A stretch of DNA of 64,000 nt. Origin: a virus (Duplodnaviria; Heunggongvirae; Uroviricota; Caudoviricetes). The stretch covers positions 69,256 to 133,255 of the IMG/VR virus record IMGVR_UViG_3300047444_000753; one strand, written 5' to 3'. The notes beneath the pieces are model-generated. The model was not told the DNA's origin and ran no database searches. It saw nothing but the letters and a program-made list of their open reading frames with translations. Both the position numbers and the translations under genes were made by a program. Each line of letters starts with the position of its first letter. The first letter of the stretch is position 1. Below, piece after piece: positions 34,699 through 43,145 of the stretch.

Positions 34699-35109
34699 CT
34701 AGTGGTGACGGCGGGGGGTGATGTACTTGAAGATGATCCACGTCTTCCGCGTGTCTACAGACTTGACGATCACGTAACCGCGCTTCTTGTGTGGGGCTTT
34801 GTGCACAGTGGTGACGTAGGCGAGTACGTGAGTATCGTCAAACAACGGCGGGTCTTGAAGGGCGTCAAAACTGTCCCATGCTTCCGCGAGGCGGGGGTCA
34901 TATGACTGGTGGGTTCCGCTCGTGTCGGTGTCGTACCCGGGCCACCATTCACAAGACCCGGCCCAGATGTAGCCGCGTGGATCCTTGGCCGTCGAACAAT
35001 GGGTGGTTGCTTTTTTCGGGGCTGCTTCCGCAGACGGTGCCACGGCGAGGCCTGAAAAAATAAGACCGGCTGCCAGAACGACGGGTGTAATTACGGGCGT
35101 GAATTTCAA
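34699..35109 (-). CDS. secreted protein, paralogous to 33290-33694
   Basis: Signal peptide ending AEA; shared EAWxxF...YVxT...SV...WxIF domain. Confidence 0.7.
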   Translation of the reverse strand: MKFTPVITPVVLAAGLIFSGLAVAPSAEAAPKKATTHCSTAKDPRGYIWAGSCEWWPGYDTDTSGTHQSYDPRLAEAWDSFDALQDPPLFDDTHVLAYVTTVHKAPHKKRGYVIVKSVDTRKTWIIFKYITPRRHH

Positions 35110-35139
35110 GGCATGTCCTTTTTGAGGGGGTTGTTCTTA

Positions 35140-35430
35140 CACCTCTAGAGTCTCACACAAGATACACACGTGTCAACTCGTGGCAGTGGGCAAAGCTTGC
35201 ACGTGTGCAGGGTGTTGAGTAGGCAGGCAGGGCAGGGGCTAGCTGGGCCTGTATAGGGGCAGGCAGGGGCGCACGCGCACACACGTACGTGTGCACGCGT
35301 ACACGCGAGGCAGGCAGGCAGAGCACACACAAGAGATCTCACACACAAGCAAGTCACTCACTCCTCACTCACTCACTCAAGTCTTGTGTGTCTCACTCCC
35401 AAGACAAGACGCAAGAGACAAAGACAACGA
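35140..35430. repeat. low-complexity non-coding tract
   Basis: GCAGG repeats, 39-nt perfect purine/pyrimidine alternation (35269-35307), CACTCA and CAAGA repeats. Confidence 0.75.
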
Positions 35431-35687
35431 CGTCGCTAGGCCGGTGGGCCGTGTGGGGCGTTGCAAAAATTGCAAGCGGGCTGCGACACGCGACGGCTGC
35501 AGCATGCGGTTGCGGTACTTTCATTTTGCACCCCGGGGAGGCCCCCCATACTACGCGGTACCCGCTCACCAAATTTTGGAAAATTTCTACTTAGCATACA
35601 CCCATGTCAACCCCTTCTCCCACCTGCCTAAACTTTTCCCGACACGCCCTATTGACACTTGACTTGACCACCCTGTACCTTTGAGCT

Positions 35688-36194
35688 ATGAAAACATTTC
35701 AGACCGCCCACGACGGCGACACAACACTGACCATCGATGACACGCACATCGAAATCGACTCCCACGGACAGGAGGTGGACTTCACCCCCACGGACGACGA
35801 CCGACTGCATATCGCTCTCGCCCTGCTAGGCGAGGCTCCACCACTGGACGAGGCCTACGGATCTCCCGAGGAGATCGCCTCCGACATCTCCCAGTCGGAC
35901 GGAGAAATCCGCTACCGTGCGATTGCCGCACTGGAAGCGCTCCGCATCCGACGCGAGATCATCCTCCGCAAGACCCGCGAGCGTCAAGAACGAGACGCCA
36001 AGATTCAAGCCGAGGCCAAGCACCGCCTGCGCCAGATCCAGCTGCTGGAAGAGGCCTACCTCTCCACCCAGCCGAACCGGGCCAAGCGCACCCGCACCCA
36101 AGCGTCACAGAACATCGCCGCAGCCTTTTACGAGGCAGGCATGCGCGTGGCCGACCCCGACACCGAGGAAGAAGACGGAACGACCGAGGCCTAA
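35688..36194 (+). CDS. hypothetical protein, probably leaderless
   Basis: TTGACA(35652)-N18-TACCTT; ATG 6 nt downstream. Confidence 0.8.
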   Translation: MKTFQTAHDGDTTLTIDDTHIEIDSHGQEVDFTPTDDDRLHIALALLGEAPPLDEAYGSPEEIASDISQSDGEIRYRAIAALEALRIRREIILRKTRERQERDAKIQAEAKHRLRQIQLLEEAYLSTQPNRAKRTRTQASQNIAAAFYEAGMRVADPDTEEEDGTTEA

Positions 36195-36317
36195 GGAACC
36201 TCACCCACGCTCGACAAGCGGTCTCAAATATATACAGAAGGTCCTTGCATTCGGTTGGACGGTTGGCTATACTAGGGAAGAGCCAACAACCACTACCACG
36301 AATGCAAGGACTTTTCT

Positions 36318-36887
36318 GTGTCAGACCCCGCACTCCTCTACCGCAACAACGCCACCGGATGCACCGTTGAGGCCATCGTCTACCTCCGGGACGAGACCAA
36401 CGTCGGTTTCGTCCGCCACTTCCTCGAAGCCCGTGCACAGTCCGTGTGGCCCGGACCGCGTACCGACATGGGCGGCGGACGCTACGAGACCATCTGCTTC
36501 CACTACGCCCCGGGATCCACGCTCTACGTGAGCCCCGGACAGGTTGTCTATGTGTATACTGATACACTCGAACCTTCGGTCATGTCCGCCGAAACCTTTA
36601 ACCAATACTTCACCAAAGAACCTGCCCCCGAAACCCCCAAGGAACCCCCCGTGACCCGTCCCACCATTGAAGACCTGACCTTCGACGTTGACCCCAGCAC
36701 CGAGTTCGGCGAGCACGTCGAAGAAGTCCTCGATGCCCTCGCCATCCTGCGCGAGTCCACCAGCCCCACCCACATCGACATCGCCACCCGCGACATCATG
36801 GGCCTCCTCACCGCCGCCTACACCCGGGGCTGGAGCAAGGGCGTCGAACACGCACAGGTCAACCCCTACATTAACTGGGGCGAGTAA
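36318..36887 (+). CDS. two-domain hypothetical protein
   Basis: AAGGA RBS; C-terminal DIMxLLxxAY..G...NPY module. Confidence 0.75.
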   Translation: MSDPALLYRNNATGCTVEAIVYLRDETNVGFVRHFLEARAQSVWPGPRTDMGGGRYETICFHYAPGSTLYVSPGQVVYVYTDTLEPSVMSAETFNQYFTKEPAPETPKEPPVTRPTIEDLTFDVDPSTEFGEHVEEVLDALAILRESTSPTHIDIATRDIMGLLTAAYTRGWSKGVEHAQVNPYINWGE

Positions 36888-37162
36888 TGTTTGCGATAAA
36901 GCCCTACACCAAGGCGTTTGCCGAGATTTACTCCGATCTCCGCGAGAAGTTCAAGGGTTGGGACTACCTGTTCGGGGCGGAGAAGGTCGAGCTCACGATT
37001 GACATCATCGCCCTGATGGAGCAGGCCTACGACCAAGCCTTCGCCGACTGCGAGGAGCAGGACTCAGGCTTCGCCGGATCCACCCAATGGACCAACAACA
37101 ACCCCTACCGGAAGGACGCCGATGTCCTCGACATCATTGCCGACGTACAGCGAAATCTATGA
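36887..37162 (+). CDS. hypothetical protein (DI..L..AY...NPY family)
   Basis: TAATG overlap; paralogue motif. Confidence 0.75.
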   Translation: MFAIKPYTKAFAEIYSDLREKFKGWDYLFGAEKVELTIDIIALMEQAYDQAFADCEEQDSGFAGSTQWTNNNPYRKDADVLDIIADVQRNL

Positions 37163-37370
37163 GAACGTCCTTGACCGCGTCGAGCGCAAGGTAGCCGAGT
37201 CCAAGACTCTTGCTGACCGCGAGGCCTTCGCCCAAGACATCATGGACGCCCTCGCCGAGGCATGGCATCTCGGCAGCAACAGCGGTATGAAGCTCGTCGC
37301 CTCCCTTCTCACGTCCGACACCGTTCCAGAGTTGGAGCCCAACCCCTACGAAAAGGTCCCCTGTGTTTGA
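37122..37370 (+). CDS. hypothetical protein (DI..L..AW..G...NPY family)
   Basis: GAAGGA RBS; paralogue motif. Confidence 0.7.
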   Translation: MSSTSLPTYSEIYENVLDRVERKVAESKTLADREAFAQDIMDALAEAWHLGSNSGMKLVASLLTSDTVPELEPNPYEKVPCV

Positions 37371-37620
37371 GGAAAAAACATTGACAGAGTACGAACAAAA
37401 GCGCCTCGATCTCGCCACCCTCATCCTGCAGGAGGCCCCCTTGATCGCGGACTTCGCCCAGCTGTTTCTGCCCGACGAGCTGGAGAACCTGCTCGACGCC
37501 CTGATGGAGTCCAAGGCACTGGCCTTCCTTGAGGGCCGCTACTACCAGATGGTCCGCATCACCCCTCCGCTAGACCAAAGCCCCGCCCTCAACCTCTACG
37601 ACAAGGAACCCAATGACTGA
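37363..37620 (+). CDS. hypothetical protein
   Basis: Overlapping gene run. Confidence 0.7.
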   Translation: MFEEKTLTEYEQKRLDLATLILQEAPLIADFAQLFLPDELENLLDALMESKALAFLEGRYYQMVRITPPLDQSPALNLYDKEPND

Positions 37621-37834
37621 GCCCCACGACGATGAAGGCTTCATCGACATCCGCTTCGCCCTCACCCGCGACGAGGACGGGACCTACCTCACCGACACCG
37701 AACTGCGCGGCCACCAGATCCCCGAAGGCACCACCCGGGACGATCTGCAGAACATCGTCCTCGGCTTCTGGGAGTACCCGAAGGATGTCCTGTCCGACAT
37801 CTCCGCCGCCATCAACGCGGTGCCCCTTGACTGA
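37613..37834 (+). CDS. small acidic protein
   Basis: AAGGA RBS. Confidence 0.75.
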   Translation: MTEPHDDEGFIDIRFALTRDEDGTYLTDTELRGHQIPEGTTRDDLQNIVLGFWEYPKDVLSDISAAINAVPLD

Positions 37835-38078
37835 GGCCAAGCACGTCGGCACCGAAATGGTCCGCGTCGAGATCAGCGTCCTCATCCAGCGCGACATCTT
37901 CATGTACGGGGACGAAAAGGCCACCCTCCTCACCTTCGACAAGGTCCACTGCTCCCACAACGAGCTGACCGCCGAGGAGAAGGACCGCATCGTCTCCGAG
38001 ACCATTGAGTCCTATCGCTCCAACCAGATCATCAACGGCATGATCGAAGCCCTTTCAGGAAAGAGTTCCCGACTGTGA
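37827..38078 (+). CDS. hypothetical protein
   Basis: TTG start overlapping previous stop; start uncertain. Confidence 0.65.
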   Translation: MTEAKHVGTEMVRVEISVLIQRDIFMYGDEKATLLTFDKVHCSHNELTAEEKDRIVSETIESYRSNQIINGMIEALSGKSSRL

Positions 38079-38317
38079 CCCAGCAACGCTTCATGGACAT
38101 CCGTATCGTCTTCGACAAGACCGCCGATGACTACGAGCCCGACTACGAATACTTCACCCCCGTCAAGTCCTTCCGCCTCGCCACCAACATCCCCGACGAG
38201 GACCTCGACTCCGTGGCCGAGACGTGGGCACAATCCGACCACTACCTCCTCCTCTCCGACAACGTCATCCTTGACGCACTCTCGGACCCCGACACAGAAA
38301 CGGACCTGACCCGATGA
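38075..38317 (+). CDS. small acidic protein
   Basis: GTGA overlap. Confidence 0.7.
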   Translation: MTQQRFMDIRIVFDKTADDYEPDYEYFTPVKSFRLATNIPDEDLDSVAETWAQSDHYLLLSDNVILDALSDPDTETDLTR

Positions 38318-38502
38318 CCGACACCCCCGACGAAGAATACGAAGACACCTACCCGCTCCTCGGAGCGATCGGCCCCTACCTGTCCTTCACCACCGGCCAC
38401 ATGAACCCGATCGAGCCCGAGTCATTTGACGAACCCAACGAAGTTGTGTATCCTGAAGAGGACGACAGCAGCACCGACTACTGGGAAGACGAAGAACAAT
38501 GA
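38314..38502 (+). CDS. extremely acidic small protein
   Basis: 20 D/E and no K/R in 62 aa; ATGA overlaps. Confidence 0.7.
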   Translation: MTDTPDEEYEDTYPLLGAIGPYLSFTTGHMNPIEPESFDEPNEVVYPEEDDSSTDYWEDEEQ

Positions 38503-38768
38503 GCGAACAATATGCAGAAAGCCTCTACGGCCCACCTCCCGAAGGTGACGGCCCCCAAGGCGAAGAACTTGTGACCGACCCCGGTGACGCACCCTCCTAC
38601 GCGGTACTGAGCCCCACGCCCCCATCGCCGGGGCGCATCGAGCTCGAAGCCCTGCTCCGTTCCGCGATCAACCTCCCGGCCCACCCCTCCGACGAGGAGC
38701 TCAGCGAGGCCCTTGGCACCGCAGCCTCCGTCCTCTGGGGCGCAGGCTACCGCAGGATCCTGCAGTGA
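38499..38768 (+). CDS. hypothetical protein
   Basis: ATGA overlap. Confidence 0.7.
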   Translation: MSEQYAESLYGPPPEGDGPQGEELVTDPGDAPSYAVLSPTPPSPGRIELEALLRSAINLPAHPSDEELSEALGTAASVLWGAGYRRILQ

Positions 38769-38950
38769 TCCCGGACGGTCCCAAGGGCGTCCTCGGCCAC
38801 ATGTCCGTGATCCACGCCACCGACGACCCGTCCCAGCTCTCGACCCGCCTCATCTTCACCCAGCTGGCCCCGCGTTTTCCCCCGGGGGATCCGGACCACG
38901 ACCCGACCCCGCTCTATCAGATCTCCGTAGTACTGGAAGAAAACCAATGA
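38765..38950 (+). CDS. hypothetical protein
   Basis: GTGA overlap. Confidence 0.6.
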   Translation: MIPDGPKGVLGHMSVIHATDDPSQLSTRLIFTQLAPRFPPGDPDHDPTPLYQISVVLEENQ

Positions 38951-39180
38951 CCGAAGACAACTCCACCAATCCGCTCCGCTCCACCAAGACCCTCGTGCTG
39001 ACCGCCGCAGGCGTGTTGCAGTGGCTCGACCTTGAGATCGACTACCTCAAGGACCGCTTCAACAACGAAACCAGCGAACTAGCCCGCCTTGTTCTTACAG
39101 GTACGGCGCTCCACCTCGAAGTCATGAAAGAGCAGTTCACCAACTACGCCATGCAGGAACTCGACAAGGAAGCCAAATGA
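38947..39180 (+). CDS. hypothetical protein
   Basis: ATGA overlaps. Confidence 0.7.
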   Translation: MTEDNSTNPLRSTKTLVLTAAGVLQWLDLEIDYLKDRFNNETSELARLVLTGTALHLEVMKEQFTNYAMQELDKEAK

Positions 39181-39596
39181 TCTCACTGACCAACGCCGGA
39201 CGCGGTTCCGGCAAAACGCACGGCCTGATCGAGTGGGCCAAGGGCGCACCCAACCGCTTCGTGATCGGCACGCACGGCTGCACCGGGGACGCCATGGAAG
39301 AGGCCGGTCTCGAACGCCAGTTCGTCCATGCCATGCAGGCCAAGAAGTTCTTCCAAGGCCGCAGGGACTACGAGGTGGCGATCGACAACCTCGAAATCCT
39401 CCTCCCCGGCATCCTGCACAGTGAGTACGGCATCCACCCCGAGCGGGACGTCATCATCACGTCGTGCTTCCCCGAGGCCAACATGGGCAAGACCCGCGAG
39501 GTCCCCCTCATCCCGAGCGATCTCCTCGATTACGGCATCGAGTTCATGAAGAGCCTCAGGTCCCTGAAGTCCCCAAATTTTGGGGAGAAAAAGTGA
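39177..39596 (+). CDS. small P-loop protein
   Basis: Walker A-like GRGSGKT near N-terminus; VAIDNLE possible Walker B. Confidence 0.6.
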   Translation: MISLTNAGRGSGKTHGLIEWAKGAPNRFVIGTHGCTGDAMEEAGLERQFVHAMQAKKFFQGRRDYEVAIDNLEILLPGILHSEYGIHPERDVIITSCFPEANMGKTREVPLIPSDLLDYGIEFMKSLRSLKSPNFGEKK

Positions 39597-40024
39597 AACC
39601 GTTTCATCTTTACCTCGCTGGACCGATGACAAATATCGAACACTACAACTTCCCTGCCTTCGATGAGGCCACAGTCGCCCTGCGTGCCCGGGGCTATACC
39701 GTCTTCAACCCGGCAGAGGCCGACCGCGAGAGCGGCTTCGACGCCATGGGCCTCGAAGGACACGAGGCGGCAGAGCACGGCTTCGACCTGCGCAAGGCCT
39801 TGAAGATGGACCTGAGCTGGATCTGCGACCACGCCACCGGCATCGCCGTTCTCCCGGGCTGGGAACACTCCCTCGGGGCCAACGCCGAGGTCGCACTCGC
39901 CAAGGCGCTGAACATCCCCGTGATGGCTGCTCGGGACTGGGAACTGACCACCCCGGTGCACTTCGAGACCGACTTCCCGTACATCCAAGAGCCGCTGGCG
40001 GGCGCGGAAGCAGGGATCTGGTGA
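39593..40024 (+). CDS. DUF4406 / nucleoside deoxyribosyltransferase-like protein
   Basis: YLAGPMT...NFPAF...VFNPAE...LPGWEHSLGANAEVALA. Confidence 0.8.
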   Translation: MKPFHLYLAGPMTNIEHYNFPAFDEATVALRARGYTVFNPAEADRESGFDAMGLEGHEAAEHGFDLRKALKMDLSWICDHATGIAVLPGWEHSLGANAEVALAKALNIPVMAARDWELTTPVHFETDFPYIQEPLAGAEAGIW

Positions 40025-40302
40025 ATCTCATCTCCCAGATCGTCTACGAGCACCTGCGCAAGTACCATTCGGCCATCGACGCGGCCTGTGCCGCCTCACT
40101 GCACCACGACTGCGGGGTCAAGGTTACCTTCCGTGACGACGCCAGCTTCACGGTGGAGCTGAGCCCGGAAGTACCACCCCTGCAGGTCTACGAGTACCGT
40201 AACTCTGGCCTCATTGCTTACGGATTCGACCCCTACAAGCTCCCGTACGTAGAAAATATGCTTTCTTCCGCCGACACGCCGGGAAATGGTCAGTCGGACT
40301 GA
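40021..40302 (+). CDS. hypothetical protein
   Basis: GTGA overlap. Confidence 0.65.
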   Translation: MNLISQIVYEHLRKYHSAIDAACAASLHHDCGVKVTFRDDASFTVELSPEVPPLQVYEYRNSGLIAYGFDPYKLPYVENMLSSADTPGNGQSD

Positions 40303-40521
40303 CTTTCTGCTGCTAGTGTGGTCGGAAACACCCGGTTTTACCGGGTGGGTACTCGGTTTGACAGGTTTTGACACTTGGTTGTGACAGAAATGTTCGTCTA
40401 AGCTCTGGACAAACGACAAACCGGGAAGTAGACTTACTATATACACCGCAAGTAGCCACGGATACCACATGCTGAGGGGCATTTCCGCGACTGACATTAC
40501 CTTTAAGCACTAGGAACGACA

Positions 40522-40737
40522 ATGAACGCCGCAGAAATGGTCTCGATTCGGGCTGGGATCCTCGCAGCACGTGAGGATTTCCCCACCCTGTACAGCTTCT
40601 ACACCGGAAGCATGTCTCTGGACATGCTGGATGACTTCCTGACCCTCGGGGACCTCTTCGAGGACGCCCTGAAGGGCCGCGCATGGTCCCGCACCATGTG
40701 CAAAGAGGTCTACCGGCTCGAATCCCTCTTCGTGTAG
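40522..40737 (+). CDS. hypothetical protein
   Basis: AGGA RBS. Confidence 0.7.
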   Translation: MNAAEMVSIRAGILAAREDFPTLYSFYTGSMSLDMLDDFLTLGDLFEDALKGRAWSRTMCKEVYRLESLFV

Positions 40738-40795
40738 ACTGGCCACGCGACCAACCGCACCAATCTCTCAACCAACTACGACCAAAGGAACACTC

Positions 40796-41122
40796 ATGTC
40801 CACTGATCACCCCACAGAATTCGACGTGGCAGGCCTTGTGATCTTCGATCTCAACGATCTGCCCGCCGTCACCGCCGAATCCGACCGTTTCATCGCTGGA
40901 AACACCGCGATTCCGCGCTCCGGCAGCAATCTCAGCTACGAAGACCTCCGCGAAACGGCCCGGGAGTATTACGCCCTCGCCCTGAAGGTCCGGGACGAGG
41001 CCACAGCGCCTGAACTGGAGCGCGTCATGGGCGTCCTGATGGAGAATTCGGACCATTCCCGCGAAGAGGCACGCCAGATCGCCCTCGGAATGCTGAAAAT
41101 GGGGGCAACCCTTGACGCCTGA
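40796..41122 (+). CDS. hypothetical protein
   Basis: AAGGA RBS. Confidence 0.8.
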   Translation: MSTDHPTEFDVAGLVIFDLNDLPAVTAESDRFIAGNTAIPRSGSNLSYEDLRETAREYYALALKVRDEATAPELERVMGVLMENSDHSREEARQIALGMLKMGATLDA

Positions 41123-41453
41123 GACCGAATTCAAGGCCACGCCGGACCAGATTGCCCGGATTGCCTCCACCGCGATCCGCCAGCTGGCCGAAACGCACGT
41201 CATCATCACCAAGGAAGAGCTCCGCGACATCATTTCCGAGTCGATCGAGAAGCATTCCATCGAGATGTGGGACCTCGTACTCAACAACTACCACGAGACC
41301 GGCATCCATCTGGCCGGAGTCATCCCTCCGGAGCAGCTCAAGGGCTACCAGATCGGTGAAAACCTGCTGCACCGGATGAAATCGGTCATCGAGGAGGAGA
41401 ACGCAGCTGTTTTCAGCCCGAAATCCGAGGAAAATCCCCCGAAAACTGTGTAA
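41112..41453 (+). CDS. hypothetical protein
   Basis: TTG start overlapping previous gene. Confidence 0.7.
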   Translation: MTPETEFKATPDQIARIASTAIRQLAETHVIITKEELRDIISESIEKHSIEMWDLVLNNYHETGIHLAGVIPPEQLKGYQIGENLLHRMKSVIEEENAAVFSPKSEENPPKTV

Positions 41454-41481
41454 ATATATACAGTTGTCAAATAAATAGCCC

Positions 41482-41530
41482 CACAAAGGCCTCCCGAGAT
41501 GATCTTCCACCTTCTCCGGAGGCCTTTGTG
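41482..41530. terminator. long hairpin (13-bp perfect stem)
   Basis: CACAAAGGCCTCC / GGAGGCCTTTGTG. Confidence 0.55.
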
Positions 41531-41663
41531 CAGGGCGTTAAATGTCATAGTTTACAACGGATTCTTACAGATCCGCCCCGATTCTTGCAATATATCCCCC
41601 TGAATGCTTGACGAATGCTCTTTCTCTGCATATACTTAGACACATAACGACATAAGGAAACAC

Positions 41664-41831
41664 ATGCAGAGCATTTTGATAGCGATCATCCTCGCGATGG
41701 TGGTGCTAGGGATCCTTGTCCCTGCCCTCCGCAGAGATATCAAGACAGTCCGCGAGACGTTCGCCGCTCCCAAAACGGACTCTGACTTCATCCGCCTGTT
41801 CAAAAAGATGAAAGACCACTTCAAAAAATGA
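41664..41831 (+). CDS. small membrane protein
   Basis: TTGACG promoter, AAGGA RBS, TM. Confidence 0.7.
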   Translation: MQSILIAIILAMVVLGILVPALRRDIKTVRETFAAPKTDSDFIRLFKKMKDHFKK

Positions 41832-42118
41832 CCGAGACACCCATCGACTACGAGACCGCGTTCGCGGAGCTCAACAAGCTCAACTACCTGTTCGGCAATC
41901 ACGCCGCCTACACCATTCCGCGCCTGAACCCCGTTGAATTTGAGACCACTCACGACGACGGATCCCTCATTGTCGTCCGTGGCCTGCGTTCCGGCATCTA
42001 CTACGGCTCCTCCCGTGTCCGCACCACCGACCAGTACGGCAACGACGACTACCACTACACGGCGCTTGTCCGGGTCACCCCCGAGAAGCGCACCGTGACC
42101 GACTGGGTCCGCCCGTGA
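41828..42118 (+). CDS. hypothetical protein
   Basis: ATGA overlap. Confidence 0.75.
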   Translation: MTETPIDYETAFAELNKLNYLFGNHAAYTIPRLNPVEFETTHDDGSLIVVRGLRSGIYYGSSRVRTTDQYGNDDYHYTALVRVTPEKRTVTDWVRP

Positions 42119-42351
42119 TCCGCAAGGCCTTCCTGTTCCGGGCCGTCGAGCTTGACTCCCCCAGCATCCTCGGCATGCTGCTCTACACCGACCGCGAGAA
42201 GGGTCCCGACGCTTGGTACCGTCGCGGCGTGATCGACAGCGTCGAGATCGACATGGACAGCCGCGTCGTGACCATCGGCGTGGACCAGCGTGACTACATC
42301 CACATGGACGCAGGCCGCGAGGTCCTGCTGATGGAAAGGCCCCTGCAGTGA
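42115..42351 (+). CDS. hypothetical protein
   Basis: GTGA overlaps. Confidence 0.7.
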   Translation: MIRKAFLFRAVELDSPSILGMLLYTDREKGPDAWYRRGVIDSVEIDMDSRVVTIGVDQRDYIHMDAGREVLLMERPLQ

Positions 42352-42572
42352 CCACTATCATCTACCGATTCCCGCCCCGCGAGGTACGCAGGCTGGCCGA
42401 AGCCCAAGGCATCACCTTCGAGGATGCCCTCAAAGAATTGTCCAACGGAACTCTGACTCTGCCTGAACGGCTCCCCATCTCCCCTGAGGAAGCACAACAG
42501 AGCTTTGAGGAAGAGATCCTTGAGGCAATGTCCCGCCCAATCCTGCCCGATTACTTCGGGCAAACCCTTTAA
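42348..42572 (+). CDS. hypothetical protein
   Basis: GTGA overlap. Confidence 0.7.
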   Translation: MTTIIYRFPPREVRRLAEAQGITFEDALKELSNGTLTLPERLPISPEEAQQSFEEEILEAMSRPILPDYFGQTL

Positions 42573-42584
42573 CGAAAGTACATC

Positions 42585-42710
42585 ATGCTTCTTGTTTGGA
42601 TTCTCACGTGGATTCTCGATTCCCTCAACTTCGAGCCCGCCGTGCTGCTCTGGCACTGGTTCGGAGAACACGTCCTGCTCACCATCCTCATGCTGATCTT
42701 CCTCGCGTGA
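42585..42710 (+). CDS. small membrane protein (41 aa)
   Basis: Hydrophobic; stop overlaps next GTG. Confidence 0.5.
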   Translation: MLLVWILTWILDSLNFEPAVLLWHWFGEHVLLTILMLIFLA

Positions 42711-42922
42711 AACCGGGCGAAGTTCTCGTCGGCACCTGTCGGGCCTGCGGACAGGAACTGCTCCTCACCGACAACGACTGCTGGCACCCGTACAACGTGG
42801 AGAAGGCCTGCCCGCCCGAGATCGATTTCGGTCAGGGCTTCGGCGTCCCGGCATGGGGCGGCTACGGTCGCCCCGGTGTCGCGTACTTCATCCCGAATGA
42901 GGTGCAGCCCGATGACCTCTAA
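42707..42922 (+). CDS. Cys-containing small protein
   Basis: GTCRACG...CWH...ACP. Confidence 0.6.
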   Translation: MKPGEVLVGTCRACGQELLLTDNDCWHPYNVEKACPPEIDFGQGFGVPAWGGYGRPGVAYFIPNEVQPDDL

Positions 42923-43145
42923 GATTGACGCTGCAGATTTTACAAACTCTTTGATCAACAAGCTGGACAACACCACACTCAATGTCGCTGGCAGGGACTA
43001 CATCGTGCTGGCCTGTGCAGCGTCCGCCGACGACTATCAGAAGATCTTCATCGAGGCCTTCCCGTGGACCGACGACGCCGAAGATCACTACGAGTTCTCC
43101 ATCACCGTCCGCAAGATCAGGAAGAAGCCCATTGTCAACAGCTGA
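42912..43145 (+). CDS. hypothetical protein
   Basis: GAGG RBS. Confidence 0.7.
   Translation: MTSKIDAADFTNSLINKLDNTTLNVAGRDYIVLACAASADDYQKIFIEAFPWTDDAEDHYEFSITVRKIRKKPIVNS

Larger units (their letters stand above)
18574..35475. repeat. dispersed 15-bp palindromic motif TTRYAA-N3-TTRYAA
   Basis: 24 perfect copies in this interval plus one at 10571, and about 12 one-mismatch copies; none seen after 35.5 kb. Confidence 0.9.

Noticed and set aside
18574-35475. Assigning the TTRYAA motif to LexA, CRP, Rex, HrcA or HspR
   Set aside because: Half-sites and spacing do not match those actinobacterial boxes; only the PerR-box geometry is similar, and the G/C-containing core differs.
35145-35662. ORFs across the low-complexity boundary
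   Set aside because: No RBS, atypical codon usage, and they arise from microsatellite-like DNA.
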